Translations under genes and position numbers: made by a program | Notes under the pieces: model-generated | What the model was told of the DNA's origin: nothing | The model's database searches: none | Seen by the model: the letters and a program-made list of their open reading frames with translations, nothing else | Assembly (NCBI RefSeq): GCF_032191835.1 | Contig: NC_083230.1 | Location: forward strand, 47,678,001-47,742,000 | DNA from: Heteronotia binoei | Lineage: Eukaryota | Length of the DNA: 64,000 nucleotides | Direction: 5' to 3' | Shown here: positions 46,903 through 62,438 of the stretch, in pieces | Layout: every line of letters begins with the position of its first letter | How positions within the stretch are numbered: position 1 is the stretch's first letter

Positions 46903-48228
46903 AAAAATAAAAGGAAGCTGACATTTACTATATTTGAGGTAAGGAAAACTGTTCAGTTTTTCCTTTGATTTCACATTTAAAGAGTGAGATTGGAGTGGCT
47001 TTCAAATTCTTGCCATAAAGACTATATGGATTAGATTAGGGGTGTCAAACATGTGGTCCACGGGCCAAACTGGCCCATGGGGCTCTCTTCTCTCTCCTCC
47101 CGTCCTCACAGTGTGAAGTGCTGAGGCTGCCAATGTTCCCAGCTCCTTTTGTCTTCTCTTTGAAGAGCCTAAAGCAGGAGTGAAACTGCAAAGAAAATGC
47201 AGAATGGATTTTCCATTCAAGTGGGCAGAGCAGACCAGAATGGTAAATCCACTCCATGTTTTCCTTGCAACTTTGTTTCAATGGAGAGGTTTAACTTCCC
47301 AGCATTCCTATGGCCAGCTGAAGTTTCCTGGAACTGTGCCGTTGCAAATCAAGCCTCAATGCTCTGAGTCAGCTTTGTCTCTTCTCAATGGAGTGAGAAC
47401 TAGTGCCTAGTGAGTGCTCTAACTTGGGAACCCGCAGCCAAAGGGGGATATTATACCAGAGAGCCATGGTTTATCTGAGTAGATGGGGGGGAGGGGGAAG
47501 CTTGCCCTCCCTTCCCCAAACGCTGCCCTCTTCATGCTGCACCCCAAAATCTCCAGGTATTTCCCAACCTAGAGCTGATAACCCTACGTTTAGTGCTCTG
47601 CTACAATATAGTTTGACTGTAATTTAGAGTTATTTGGGCCTTTTGGTTTAAAGTCTCTGATGGCAGCACTGGGAGACCCAAAAGGACAATCAAACAATAT
47701 TTTGCTCAGGTAGACGGAAGAAGAAAGACCCATATTCCTCACAAATGGTGGTTGTGTGAAGAACTGAAAATCTAAATAAGGAGGGGAGGGGAGAAACCTA
47801 TGAAGTGTCCCACCTGGGTTGGATCCCACCTAAACTAAAACATGGAAATGTGGCTTGTCCTCCTTGCCTTTCCTACTGCATCTCAAAATACCCCCACTCC
47901 TCAAATGCTGCTTCTGCATAATGTAGAACCCTCACAGCATTTTAAAATGGCAGCAATGTCTTTGTGGCAGTTACTCATCTTTAGTGATAGATTTGAACCT
48001 TTTTTTACATCTTTGACAGTATAGTAGGGTTGCCAGGTCCAACTCAGGAAATATCTGGGGACTAGATAGCTTTACTCACTGGAGTTATTGAATGAAATAA
48101 TCTGCTGCATTTCAACCAATTTATGGAGATAGAGGTTCAACAAGCTTATGGAGATAGAGGTCTAGGGGGTGGAGTTTTTTCTCTATCCCATATTCAGGTT
48201 CTAGTTAACTCTTTACTATCCCTTTTAC

Positions 48229-48425
48229 CAGGGTTTTTTTGGTAGAAAAAGCCCAGTATGAACTCATTTGCATATTAGGCCACACCCCTTGATGTCACCG
48301 TTGTTTAACATAGGGCTTTTTGTAGAAAAAGCCCAGCAGGAATTCATTAGCATATTAGGTCACACCCCTGACACCAAGCCAGCCGGAACTGCGCTCCTGT
48401 GCATTCCTGTTCAAAAAACCCCCTG
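48229..48425. mobile_element. hAT-type MITE, octamer-bearing family (dimer)
   Basis: CAGGG...CCCTG ends, perfect TSD CCTTTTAC, two internal units. Confidence 0.8.
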
Positions 48426-48554
48426 CCTTTTACTATGGAAATAGCTTCTCAAAGGAATGCAAAACAGAGGGACTGGGATCTCTCTCTCTCTCACACACAC
48501 ACATATACACACACACATGCATGTGGCTCTTCCTGCTTGGGGAGAAAGAAAGCT

Positions 48555-48935
48555 TGCAAAATAAGTCTTTATGGAGATTATGATAAAAGGAACAATCAAG
48601 CAATATATGCTGAATTGAGTCGGGAATATTCGCTCCACAGGAACAGAGTCTGTCGCCTAAAGGGATTCGATAATATCTCCCTTGTAAAACTTTGGAGGGA
48701 AACGCATTTAGTCTAGCCAACATAAATGCCCAGAGATGACTTGGAATGGTTAAGTCTGATAGATAATGGGGCATTTTGCCACAGAAAGCATAAAGATCTA
48801 AGGAAGCTGGGGAGCAAATATAAGGGTCTATTGGCTGTAGTTTCGTTTCCTCCAATTCCCACAGTCTCAATTTAATACATCTGAAGTTATATGACTCATC
48901 AGAAGTAAAAAAATCATCAACCTCTATCCCCAACT
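48555..48935 (-). mobile_element. Non-LTR retrotransposon 3' fragment (RTE-X/L2-like C-terminal zinc knuckle)
   Basis: AFMLARLNAFPS..GRYYRIP..RLCSCG....QHILLDC pattern. Clade assignment is uncertain. Confidence 0.7.
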
Positions 48936-50641
48936 GGTTAAAGCAGAAAGGAAAACTTGCAAAATAAGTAACTCATCCAAGATATCTTTCTTGAAAAAGC
49001 AGAAACTAGAAATATAACCTAAAAATACAAATGCTCTGAGTCTATGACCCAGGGAAAAACATAAAATGGCTGGGCATTGCAAGCTCTGCCCCGCCCCCTC
49101 AGTCTACTCACAGTGGCTCTCCAGGTTTTCAGGTTTCTTTACAGGGTGGTTTGAGATAATAAATTCAGTTGTCCTCTTCAGCATTTGTTCTGCTATTGGA
49201 GCTCCACATTAGGAGGGGATGTATTAAAACTAATATTTCTCTGCAAAACTGGAATTTGTAGAATTCTATTTGTAGAGTTCATAGAATTCTATATTTTTAC
49301 TGTAGTTGATCTCAAATCTCCCCCCCTCCCCACCCATGGAAGATGCCTGCCTAAAATGGAAAAGTGGGGAAAGAGTGGAATTTGGCAATGCAGTTTTTAA
49401 AATAAAACAACAACAAGAAGCACAAAGATCACAGCAGAAGGTCACCCCAGGACCCCCACCTGTGAAGAGGATCATGGAGGCTGGGAGTGGTGGCTGGGAG
49501 GCAGAGAGGAACACACTCAAAGCCCAAGCGAGCTGGGAAGTTTGACAGCCCCCCACCCTCTACTTTCTGCACTCAGAGGTAGCTGAAGCTCAGAAAGGTG
49601 AGTATGGGCAGGGGAGGGGTTGGAGGGGGGAGAGAAGAGAGCCCCACTCATGGGACAGATTAAAGCCTTGGGCAGGGTGGTTCTGCCTGTGGACTGTAGA
49701 TTTGACACTGCTGGGTTAATCCTTAAGATTCCCACATGTTGTATTATCTAAAATAATCTTCTGCTGGGCAGATACTAATGAACGGATGAAAGGGAGATTC
49801 AGTTCCCTTTGGGATCTCAACAAGTTTATATGAATCATGAGAACAAGACAAAATGGAACATATACCTTCTGAACCTCTTAACATTTGACCACCTCAGTTT
49901 TCTAAAGGAGAGCCTGCATTCTTGTAACAAGTGGGACAGAATACAGCACTGAGCTTCAGTTCGGCCAGCTTTGCTCTATCTAGACTCCACCTCTCCTTCC
50001 ACCAAAGTTTCTAGACTCTTCCAGTTTCTTCTGAGATCATGCATGCACATCAAATAACCTTTTTCCCTTGAAATAAATGGGGGTATGAGACTCTATCCTA
50101 ATGACTGCTCCTAAACATATGCCATGCTGGTATTGTAAACTGCTAAGAGGATTTTCATATCATAACCTTGCCACAATAATACTGATTATATGGAATTTAC
50201 TTTAGAAAATAAACATGAGGGAGATTTAATGGTAGCCACTCTGTGTAACTTGTTTGGTAAATATAATTTTACATACACAGATGTATAGCAATGTGCGCAT
50301 GCACAAAATAAGGCACAGATTACTAATTCTATCATGCAAACAAATGTTTGTGTTTTTAATACAAGTTAATAAAATCATAACTTATCTGACTGTGGCTGAA
50401 ACTGAAAATTTCTTTGTTATTTATGATGACAATAGCCTTTGCAAAATTATAGTTTACATTTAACAGCCTTATAGCATATGCCAGGAAGGAAAGAACTGAA
50501 GATCATTAAATGTTTTCTGTGTGATAAATTGTGGGAAATTTCAGATTGCTAGGGAAGAATTATGATATATGACTAAATGAATTGTTACACACGAACGAAC
50601 AGAGAAAATAGCTGCACTATGAATAACCTTATTTCAATTTA

Positions 50642-50821
<180 letters not shown>

Positions 50822-51598
50822 TCATAAAAGGAGGAATAAAAAAAAAACAACACATTCAGACTCATGATCAGGAACCAGAGAGCACATTTTCAAACTGTTA
50901 CACTTCAGATACATATCTCAGCTTTCTTCCATTTGGAAGCCTACACCTGACTTTGCTAGCAACAACAGATAATTTATTTCCTATTTGCTGAAGTGAAACC
51001 AGGATAAAATCCTCATTTTGTTGGATACTACACTTTTGTAATCCATCACTCTTCTTGGTTTTCCTGTGTGGCTAAGATAATCAACCAGGTAAATGTACAA
51101 TAGCACTATACCCAACAATATCTGGATCTCCACCCAGGATTTAAAACCAGAAATTGGTTTTGTTATTATTTTATGCATTTTGATGGTTGGATTGATTTAG
51201 AATATTTCTTTGCTGCTTCTTCAGAGTCCAGCTTGAGGGGGCTTGCAATTTAAAACCACAATATTTTAATACAAGATAATAAAACGTATTTCAATGTGTT
51301 TTCCTACCCAGATGCAATTTCAAGACAAAATTACAGCAGCAAGGCACTGGCGTCAGAGCTTCATGTAGCCTAACCAATTTGATGACATCTAACTTATACG
51401 TCTTGATATGGTTTCATGGCCATAAATCTTTATCCATCAAACCCCAGTGCGTGGTACTTACTGATATTCACACCTGTGCTGTATGTAGGCCAGTCTCTAT
51501 ACATGTCCACATTGTTACTGAATGCTGGAAAACTACAACCTAGGAAGTAGAAATAAATAGGCCATTCTGCCATGGTTGACTGAACTAAGTAGTCTATC

Positions 51599-51735
51599 CA
51601 GGGGTGGCCAACGGTAGCTCTTCATATGTTTTTTGCCTACAACTCCCATCAGACCCAGCCAGCATGGCCAATGGCTGGGGCTGATGGGAATTGTAGGCAA
51701 AAAAACATCTGGAGAACTACCGTTGGCCACCCCTG
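51599..51735. mobile_element. Palindromic hAT-like MITE
   Basis: CAGGGGTGGCCAACGGTAG...CTACCGTTGGCCACCCCTG with further internal inverted sequence. No clear TSD. Confidence 0.75.
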
Positions 51736-52581
51736 CACAGTAGTGCATTTATTTGGCTTGGAAAACTAAAAAGTGTTAGACTTTCTAGCACTAGTTACAA
51801 TGCTTTCAGAAGCCATTCAGAAATGTGCTCCATCTGTGACTCTCCAGGACTCAGGGCAGAAGCCAGTCTTACTCAATAGGTGGGGCTGCCACATTTCCGG
51901 GTGAAGCTTCAAAGAAATGAATTAAAAACTTATTTCCTCACAAGCAACTAAAATGTTTATAGCTCTGAGGCAAAGTCCAACTGTCTGTATTTTAGTGTCA
52001 CTGTGCCAGAGGGGGGATTCGGGGGTGTCCCCAGGTGGGTGGGGATGTTGTGCAAATGCACTGATGTCACTCAGAAGTGACACGATCACATCAGCGATGC
52101 TGGGGATGACAATCTGGTTTTGGGATGAAACTTTCTGGTAAATTCACCCTCAAACCAGAGTTTTGCCTAAGAATCAGTATCCCTGCATGACGTCCCCAAT
52201 GCAATGATGTCGCTCCCAGGTGATGTTGGGGATGTCATATAGAGACGTCCCTATTTATGGATGGGGTTTCTCTCACTGGCCAACTAGTTCATGGTGGGGA
52301 GAAGCTCCCAAATTGGGGGATCCCTCACTCAGACTTGGGGACTGGCAACCCTACTATAAATTCTTATTCTCAGAAAGATGTTGAATAATACCAGTTTTTT
52401 TAACTTCAGCTTTTCCTATTCCTAATGAACATCCTCTAAATGGATGGTATCCACCAGCCAAATTTGAAGTGGTATAGGCTGTTGCACCACCTCAGCATTC
52501 TACCACCTTATCAGGCTTTGTAACAACCAGAAGGCCATGTGTTCTGCTTCTGCACAAACACAGATTTGGATAGGTTGTAAC

Positions 52582-52758
52582 CAGTGTTCCCCCTAAACTG
52601 AGTTAGTGTAAGGTAGCTCACAGTTTTTTAGCCTCCGGCTCCCACATTTTTGTCTTCTCTCAGGAAAAATGGCCCTGGAGTAGCTCACAACTTTAACACC
52701 AGTAGTTCACAAAGTAGAATTTTTGCTAACAAGACTCCACAGCTTAAAGGGAGTATTG
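52582..52758. mobile_element. hAT-type MITE
   Basis: CAGTGTTCCC...GGGAGTATTG ends and perfect TSD GTTGTAAC. Confidence 0.8.
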
Positions 52759-54321
52759 GTTGTAACAGTAATTGAACTGGAAACAAATTAATAACGGTTA
52801 AGGACCATGAAACCATTAACAAGGACTTCTATGCATATATGGTTATGAATTTTCAGACTGAAAGCTATATGGAAAACAAATATTTTCATTTTCATGGGGC
52901 TTGTCTTACTTGGCAACAGCACAATGACTTGGGGGAGTCTTAATTAAGAGAAAAATACCATTATGAATTTTTGTTGGGACACATCTGAGTAATGGCATCA
53001 TCTCTTTTACCACTAATGTGAACAAACTACATGCTCACACAAATGCTTTCTTTAAGCCTGGGAGCCTGATTATCTTTATACTTTCTAATAAGAGGACTCA
53101 TACAAGAAAACAGAATCATGCAGATTGTTATTTTGCATGGTAAGAATATGAAAAATGGAAATGAGAGGAAGCTATGGTCTGATATATATTGTGTCTGTGT
53201 CCACACGGTTGTTTTGGTCTGTCACAAACCGGAGTGGTCTTTTTTGGAGGATCCATATTACATTGTCATCTATTCATGCACTTCCCACCCTTTCCGCTCC
53301 TTTGCTACAGTATCCACCAAACCTGCTTTGTTATGACGTTTCCAGAAGATTACAATTAAAGTGCATTTGTGTACCATGTGAATGGGAAAGTGTGAGTTTT
53401 CAAACCTCCCGCCCACATTTTACAGCTGTCATCCCCTCATAGTTGCCGCTCCCTTCCTGCACCACTGTGGGGCATTTTGCAGGCAATTATTTTTTACATT
53501 GGTAATTACATTGGTAATTGCTACAGTGTGTTATGAGTGGAGGAAATGGAGGCCGCAAGGGGATGAACGAGGAAAATGTGGTGGAAAGTACCTTGAGCAT
53601 TCTCTGTTGCCACTGCCAATGCCTCTGTATTCACAGTATCAATGGATGTGCAATAGAGAATTTTTGCCACGGAGAAGCAGCCTATGTGTGTGAAAGAGGC
53701 AGGATTTGATGGCTTTGACAGTGATTTGAAGAACAAGTTTCTTTGAATTAATGTAGTGTCCTCTGAAACAGGTGTCCCCAAATTATTTCAGAAATTCTGG
53801 GTGTAATGCTACATGGCTTTTGGAAAAGGGTCTGAAGTAACCAGAGTGGTATAGAGGTTAGAATGATATAATCTGGGAGACCCCAGTTTCAATCTCTGCT
53901 GTGCCATGGAACTTCAATGGGTGAACCTGGGCCAGTCACTCTCTGTCAACCTAGCCTACCTCACAGGGTTGTTGTGAGGATAAAACAGAGGAGGGAAAAG
54001 ATTACGTAAGTGACTTTGGGCTCCCTATTGGGAATAAAAATGGGGCATAAATATCTAAAATAAACAGAAGTTAAAGTATGAACTAAACAAGGAGGATTCG
54101 TGCCATTTCTCTATCAAGGATTTTCCCGCATCTAGCAACATTTTTGTCCAGAAACATTCACCTTGGATGTAAGCTTTACAGTTCAAAAATATTCAGGCAG
54201 TACTGAATTATACTGATTACCTTAATTCACACACACACACCCCTTTACAATATAGAACTATGATATATATATAAATTATATGCTGAGCCTAAGAGACATT
54301 TTTGAACACATAATATTTTTA

Positions 54322-54507
<186 letters not shown>

Positions 54508-54774
54508 TTATGTGATTAATTATTTGAATGTGCTGTCTTAAATGCTATCAATGCAAATGTACCCATTAAGGTTTTTAAAAACAATTTAATTAAAAAAATA
54601 ATGATTTTGTTTTGCATCTTAAAGTAGGGAGGGGGGTTAAAAGCATCTAACAAAAGCGTTTCACTTAGTTTAGAAATATTGCACAGAACTTTTACAACTG
54701 TGGATCTCTTTAAAATCTCTGGAGCATGAGAATAGCCATCAAAATACCATTTTTCCCAGCTTGAAAGTTCCTAC

Positions 54775-54844
54775 CTGTGCGCTACACTTCCCTTCTTAAT
54801 ATCAGAAATAACAAGAGGGTCTCCTGGTTTTCGACTGGATGGAG
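54775..54844 (-). CDS. GRIP1: GRIP1 exon, PDZ5 ([22 protein letters not shown])
   Basis: TTTCAG acceptor and AG|GTAG donor, 70 nt, phase 1-2. Confidence 0.96.
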
Positions 54845-57580
54845 CTGAAATATATAAAACACATGGACACTGCAGTTTTAAATTTTAAAAAAGGTCTCTA
54901 ATTACACATAGCATATGCTAATGAGCAGTCATGTTTTATGTAAAATGCTTATAAATGACTTTTTCCATCTAGAACCTAAGTGGAGGTTGCTGGATTAACC
55001 GGGGTTGGGGGGTGGGTGGGGTGTCATCTAGTCCAGTAACAGACCTAGTAAGCCCAGTCCGGATGGGGGAAACACCTGCCCTGAACCTCTGGGGCCTACC
55101 ACCACCATGCTCTGAACTTCTGGGGCCTACCACCAGCACTCCAGGCAGCAGTGAGGATTTTTTTTTTAAGCTAATTTGTATTGGAAACATCACTTTCAGG
55201 GAAAACTTGGAAACAATAGCAGTAGCTCTAGGAATTTCTGGAAATGCTATGGTTACCAAAGAGTTTTTGGCAATTCCTAGACCTACATATGTTGTTTCTG
55301 TTTCCTCCTGGAAAGTTACATTCTCATGCGTGTGATGCCACCTCCCATTATGTCCCTGCCCCAAATCCTCCCATCTGGTAACCTTTTTCAAATATGTGCT
55401 TCTCATAGCAGGCCCACTAATTATCCTGGAAGTTTGTAGTAATTAAATGCGAAAGGCATGTGCACTGCCATAGCAAAAATTCCTTTTCATTAGTCCTGGA
55501 TTGCTGCATGACACTTAACAATATCAATGAGAATTGCTTGAAAGTTACAAATCCTGGATACTTTGAACTGTGGTACTGTTGGCTTCCATGGAGGCAACAA
55601 TTCATTCAAAGCAAAATGCAGATAGACACCAAAAGATACAATGATTTTATGACACAGAGAAACCACATGAGCTTCCTTTTATGCAGACAGAAACTAGAAA
55701 TGCTATACTTGTGAGGATCCGCTGAAATTCAATTGCATATCACAAGAACTACAGAGCCCATTAAACATATTCATATATTTCACATGTAGTATGGGATATA
55801 TATCTAGTTTTATGAAATTATTATCTTCATATTCCATTAGCACATACATCTTTTTGGACATCTTTCAATGCCCTTTTAAAAATATTTGGTGGTGATAAAG
55901 TAGCTGTGTTATAAAAAATTGATCTTTTAAAGATCTATACTCCATTTATCTCATTAAAATCAATAGAGATGGAAAACAAATTAAATTGGAATTCCTTACT
56001 TCTCTTCAAGACTGTATTCCTTAGTAATTAGTTAAAACTGGTCTGCTTTAAATGTAATGGTCCCATATGTGACATATTTAGTACTACATCTGATTCAAAT
56101 GGCTTTGGTTCTTACAAACCTAGACGTAGGTATTTATTTTTATTTAAAACAATTTTATGCCACTTTTCCACATAACTTGGGATCCCCATTAAAACAAGTT
56201 TTTATAACTACATATTATATAAAACAGTATCTAAAACACATACATAATTAAACATATTAATGGGAGGGAGGGTCAGTGAAGGAACACCAAATGAAACTGA
56301 TAAATCTTCACGAAACAGATAAGTATAAACCCCAGTGAAAGGATACTGGCATGAAATTGTAACATTCCTGTTATATTCCTCATTAATATGCCAATAACTT
56401 AATCCTAAAACCTTCTAAAATATATTAACTGTTCCTCCACACAACTGCTCCAAAATGTAATGTAGCAATCCAGAATGCAGATCAATAAAGCAAGAAATAT
56501 TTAGACACAAAGGCTGGATTATGGATTGGACATTATCTCTTTCTTCAGTGTAAGGAACATAACTTTATCTATTATCTATTAATTTTTTATTTATCTACAT
56601 TACACCCTGCCTTTTTTCCCAGCAAAGACCCAACTCCACTCCTCCAATTTATTCTTACAGTGAGTGTGTGACTGGCCCAAGGTCACCAGCAAGCGTCCAT
56701 AGCACAGTGGGGATTCAAACGGGGATCTCCCAGATCCTAGACTGACACACTAACCACTACATCACACTGCCTCTCCATTAAAACGTAATTAAAATGTGGG
56801 CTGTTAAAAATGGCTGTCAAATAACTATTAAAATGAGAAACTAGCAATAAAAATACTAGACCTACACAAATGATTTTATTATGGAACTCACAAGCAACCA
56901 TCTTGTGAGATTGATTCATTTGCCCTCTCTCTTCTTCCCTGTCCTAAATATGGTGCTATATTTCTTCTGAATTCAACAACTATCACTTCAACAAGAAAGA
57001 TTAAAAACTATTGAACATATGAAGCTTGGAACTTTTATCCTTCAATTTCAGTGTTCTGTTTGGCCAGCATTTGGCCAGCAGTGCCTCTTAAACTGGGATC
57101 TTTCCCAGCCACTCTACCCAAGATCCTTTTAACTGGAGATTCCAGGGAACTTCTTTATGCATAGAGCTAAGATCCCACCTCATTTTCCTGTTCCAAGAGA
57201 TACCTCCTTCTATGTGAAACTATCCCTGAAAAATTATGCATCTGAGCTATTCATATGCTGCCTTTCCAATCTGAGGGCTGACCAAAGTGGTGTTATAATC
57301 TTCATTAGATCTGCATAATTATTGACAATTATTCTAAATACATATAAAAAAAGACAAGGTATAAATATCTAAACACCTTTATTCCGTAATTTTCAGCAAT
57401 GGTCTCTTATCCTTTCCTCTGTAGCCACAAAGAATAAACAGCTTTCAATTTTTAGTGGAAGAATAATTTGAAAAATATCACCATATACAGGATACATTCC
57501 AACATTTCATTGTCAAAGATCAGAACATTCTTGTGTACTTATAACACTCCTATTGTCACATCAATTTAAATTTAAAATTT

Positions 57581-57654
57581 AAATTGAATTTAAAATAGCA
57601 CCGCACATTTTGAGGTCAAATTGAATTTAAAATAGCACCGCACATTTTAAGGTC
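57581..57654. repeat. 37-bp tandem duplication
   Basis: AAATTGAATTTAAAATAGCACCGCACATTTT(G/A)AGGTC repeated twice with one mismatch. Confidence 0.9.
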
Positions 57655-59995
57655 AAAGAAATAAATATGTCAAAAGGTAGCTAATCTGTACTAGCAGCTC
57701 TTGCAAAGTCCCCCTAACTGTTTCAGCATAATGAGCAGGGCTTCCAACTACAGGCTGGGAAATTCCTAGAGATCTAGGGGTGGAGCCTGGAGAAGGCAAG
57801 ATATGGAAAGGAGAGGTGCTTAAGCAGGGTATAATGCCATAGAGTTCACCTTCTAAGGCTATTATTTTCTCTGGGGTAACTGATCTCTTTTGTCTGGAGA
57901 TCAGCTGTAATTTCAAGATATCCTTAAGCCCCACTTGTAGGATGGCAACCCCAAATTTACAACAATAGCATCTCATGGCTCTTGCTACTGATATGCTGGA
58001 GATGTTTTCCACATTGCAGAAACCAAACTGCATGGAATTTTGACAGTAATATAAATATGCTTGACATTAATGTGCTGCAAATGTCAAACTGCATGGTTTG
58101 CAAATACCCTAAAATAAATCGTGCTGCAAATGCCCTAAAAATAAATTTAAGAAATTAGCTAGTGGAAAACCACTCACTCTACTCAACACCATCATGACTA
58201 ATTTCTGAGTTAATTAGCTAGACAGAACAAGTCTCAAACCAAGGCTAACCAACACTGAACTTCAAGGATTTCATGGTCCCCTGAACTTGTTACCTGATGG
58301 ATGCAAATATTTTCATTAGAGAAATTTTAGAAATTTAATGCATAGATCAAATGAGATTTATCCCTATTAAAAAAACTGACGAACCAGTATGGTATAGAGG
58401 TTGCAGCATCAGACTATGACCTGTGAGACTTTCAGATCCCTACTATGCCACAGAAACTTGCTGGATAAGTACAGGCCAGTCACACTCTTGCCGTGGTCAG
58501 ACATGCATTTATATTTGACATAGCCATGGATGCCTGTTGGATTTAAAGTGAATGTCCAGACAGCAATGGGAATGGTCTGTGAATCATGGGTAATCTGTTG
58601 TTCCCCGACTCAATTCTGGAGTTATTTGGCAGTGCAGAAAGTCCTGCCCTAAATGCTTGATGATGGGCCATGAATGGATTTTCCCTGTCTGATTGCTCCA
58701 GCATTATCAAGTTGTCACAGCTTGCATCCCCATGAATCCTGGTTCAGCAACATTAAAAAAAAATCTTTGCAATATGTACATAATTCCATCATCAGCGCAG
58801 GGTGGCAAGGGCCTGCGGCTGCCTTAAGTGCCACAAGAGATGCATTTTGAGCAACCACAAATGCTTTTTTCGAGTTTATTTTTTTAGGTTGAGATTTGTG
58901 AGTAACGCAATCCTTGTTTAGTCCAAATGCCTAGCAAATACTCCCTATGTGGATGAGGCAATCAGTGGCATTGTTTATGCACATGTATCAAGGCTAGCCA
59001 TCTGATTGGTCAATGATGGGACAGGCACATGACAAGGTGGATTACAACTGGGATGTCTGATCAGGTGACTCTGTTTCAAATAAGGACGGACAAAAATAGG
59101 AGTGCTTTGCTGATGGGTTAAATGGTGTGTCTGACCATGGCCTCTCTTGACCTAACTAGCTCACAGGGTTGTTGTCGTGGGGATAAAACGGAGGAGCAGA
59201 GATTGATACAGTAAGTCTCTTAAGGTCCCCATTGGGAAGAAAGACAAAGTATAAATATCTAAACAAATACACAGACAATATAATAAAACAAGAATAGAAG
59301 AACCATCTTCCAAGTGTTCTCAAAGTTTAAAGGAAAGCAAGAAATGTAATGCTGAATTTAAAGGGAGAATATAAGGACTCAGAATTAGTATAGCTGATAG
59401 ATAGCCTTGTTTGCAAAACTTATCCCAACCAGGCAGCATTCAAGGAGAGTTTGGGATATAAAATTTTGACAAAAATCCTAGCAAGATGACTAATGACTCA
59501 TAAAAGTTGCACCGCAAAGAAAAGAACCATTTTCTGACCTTTCCCCAATTATTAATATATTTTATCTTATTAATATCTTGTATCTATAATTTGTTCTGCT
59601 GACAGCTCTAAGCCTTTAATTTCCTTCAAATTCTATTCCTTACTTTTAAAAAAATCCCTCTGTGATTAAATTTATAGAAAGAAAGATTGAATTTTCATCA
59701 GAGTTTCAGATAGTATCCTTTTGATGTCATTCTAGCTTCTAGATAGAATTTCAGACTAATTTTGTTCTAAATTCTGGTCAAAACCTCTCAGAAAGCAAAA
59801 TAAAGCTCAAAATAACACTACAATAATATTGATACTGAAGAGCATAGAGAATCTCAAAGAGCAGCATGAAGGGGGAGTTGGAGGCTGATGTGGGAGAAGA
59901 ATGGGTGAAAATTCCTCTCCTTGCACATGCACATCTTTTTTGATGGGATCCAAACCTATGTATGATATAACATATACAACAAAAATCTAGTTTTA

Positions 59996-60103
<108 letters not shown>

Positions 60104-61983
60104 TTATATTGTACGCCAGGCTCAACTATATATACAGGATTTTCAATATTCACACTCTTCCCACATCTTAAAGATAATGTACAAATAAGCAAAGCAAATG
60201 TTTTATGTTTCTGATCTTTATAGTGAAGAACCTAAATCACATTCTTAGAAAAGTGAAAGATGCAGTTATATAATAGAACCCATATCATATCATACTGACA
60301 GTACAATCCTAAACAAAGTTACACCTTTCTAAATCTACTGAAATTGATTGGCTTAAAAAGGCTTACATTTACTTAGCATTGTAGATGTAGCACTGTTTTA
60401 AAGATGGTTTGTAAATACAGTTCCTACCACAGTTAATACATCTGTGCATACACACACCTACATAGAAACTTTAACACCAGACTTTTAATCCTAGTTTAAC
60501 TCTGTCCCCAAACTGACATTCTACACAAGAATCATAGAATCAGAGACACCAACTCTATGACTCTATGATTTTAGTGTAGAATGTCAGTTTGAGGACAGGG
60601 CTAAACCAAGACTAGTGTGAAATTGGTCTGAATTTGTTTAGGACTAAGGATGCTCAAACAGTCATCAGTTCAGCTCACATCTTGTCTACTAGTTGTGATC
60701 AGGAAGCTGATTTATCAATGGACTGTTTATCTATTAATCAGCCTGCTCATGGCCTTTCAGCAGTTGCTTCACCATACTGCTTCCTAACAGAGCAGTATGA
60801 TACAACTGGCTTTTGCATATGCACATTCTGATGCAGCCCCACTGCAACCTACTTCCCCCCTTTTTTTATGCTGCTACTTGGCCCAGCAGACAATTGTTTA
60901 CACAGGTTGCCTCCCCCACCCCTGCTTGCCTTCAGATAACTTTTCTTAAAAATTGGCAATGGTACGATAACTTTCGACTGAACTTTTGCACCATGTATTG
61001 TAGGAAATGGTCTCGGACTTACTTTTCTTTGTTTAATGAAAGCTGGAAATTCAGAGAAATTCAGAGATTGTGGCCATAGATTGTCAGAACATTATTATAA
61101 AACTGTGATGTAGCAATATCTGATTTTTTTTTAAAGCCCCAAACACTCTCCTGGGGCATGGGGAATGTATGGACAGTTAAACCAGTCATATATCATATAA
61201 ATCATTAATAAATAAACCCTATAAAAACTATATTCTACCATTCAGTATTAATCTAAGTAGTCTTTAGTGATATTAATGACTGGTGATCTCGTTGGATCAG
61301 CAGCATTTTTGTACATGTGCAGTTTTGCAAAGAAACATGATGCAAGAAAAAATTGATGCAATCAGTTTGGCAGGCACTCAATTCATTGCCAGACCATATG
61401 GCCCCAGCAATTAACTCATATCTGATCTTCATAGTAGGATAACATTGGTTCAAGGCCAATTCTGCACAAGTCCTTTAATCTTGGTTCAGCCCTGTCCCCA
61501 AACTGACATTCTGCACTAGAATCATAGAAACCAACTCTATGAGTCTATGATTCTACAGTTCTAGTAGAAAATCAGCTTGGGGACAGGCTGAACCAGGATT
61601 AAAGGCAGCATCCCTACTTAGGACCAGCAGAGCCCTCATTCCACTCTCCAGTCTCATTGGATGGCAGCAGGGCTTTTTTTCTGGAGGAACCTGGCAGAAC
61701 TGAGTTCTGGAACCTCTCTGTGGAAACAAAATTCTCAAAAAATGTTTAAAAGTTCATTAGGGGCATCTGTGTGTTTTTCCTACATTTTCCCCTTGAGAGT
61801 TCCGGCACCTCTTTTTCCAGAAAAAAAGGCCTGGCTGGCAGCAACTATATACTATAGCTAAATTGCCTACTCAGTGAGGAAATACTGCTCTGCCTGGTTA
61901 CCCTATGTACTCCACCTTCCATTCCATAACGGAAGAAATGAAATTATAAGAAGACAATTGACCATGTTTGTATATGTGACAGC

Positions 61984-62438
<455 letters not shown>

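Noticed and set aside
54969-55406. 145-aa - strand ORF just upstream of a GRIP1 exon
   Set aside because: It partly overlaps a decayed TAGGGTTGCC-family repeat and has no domain signal.
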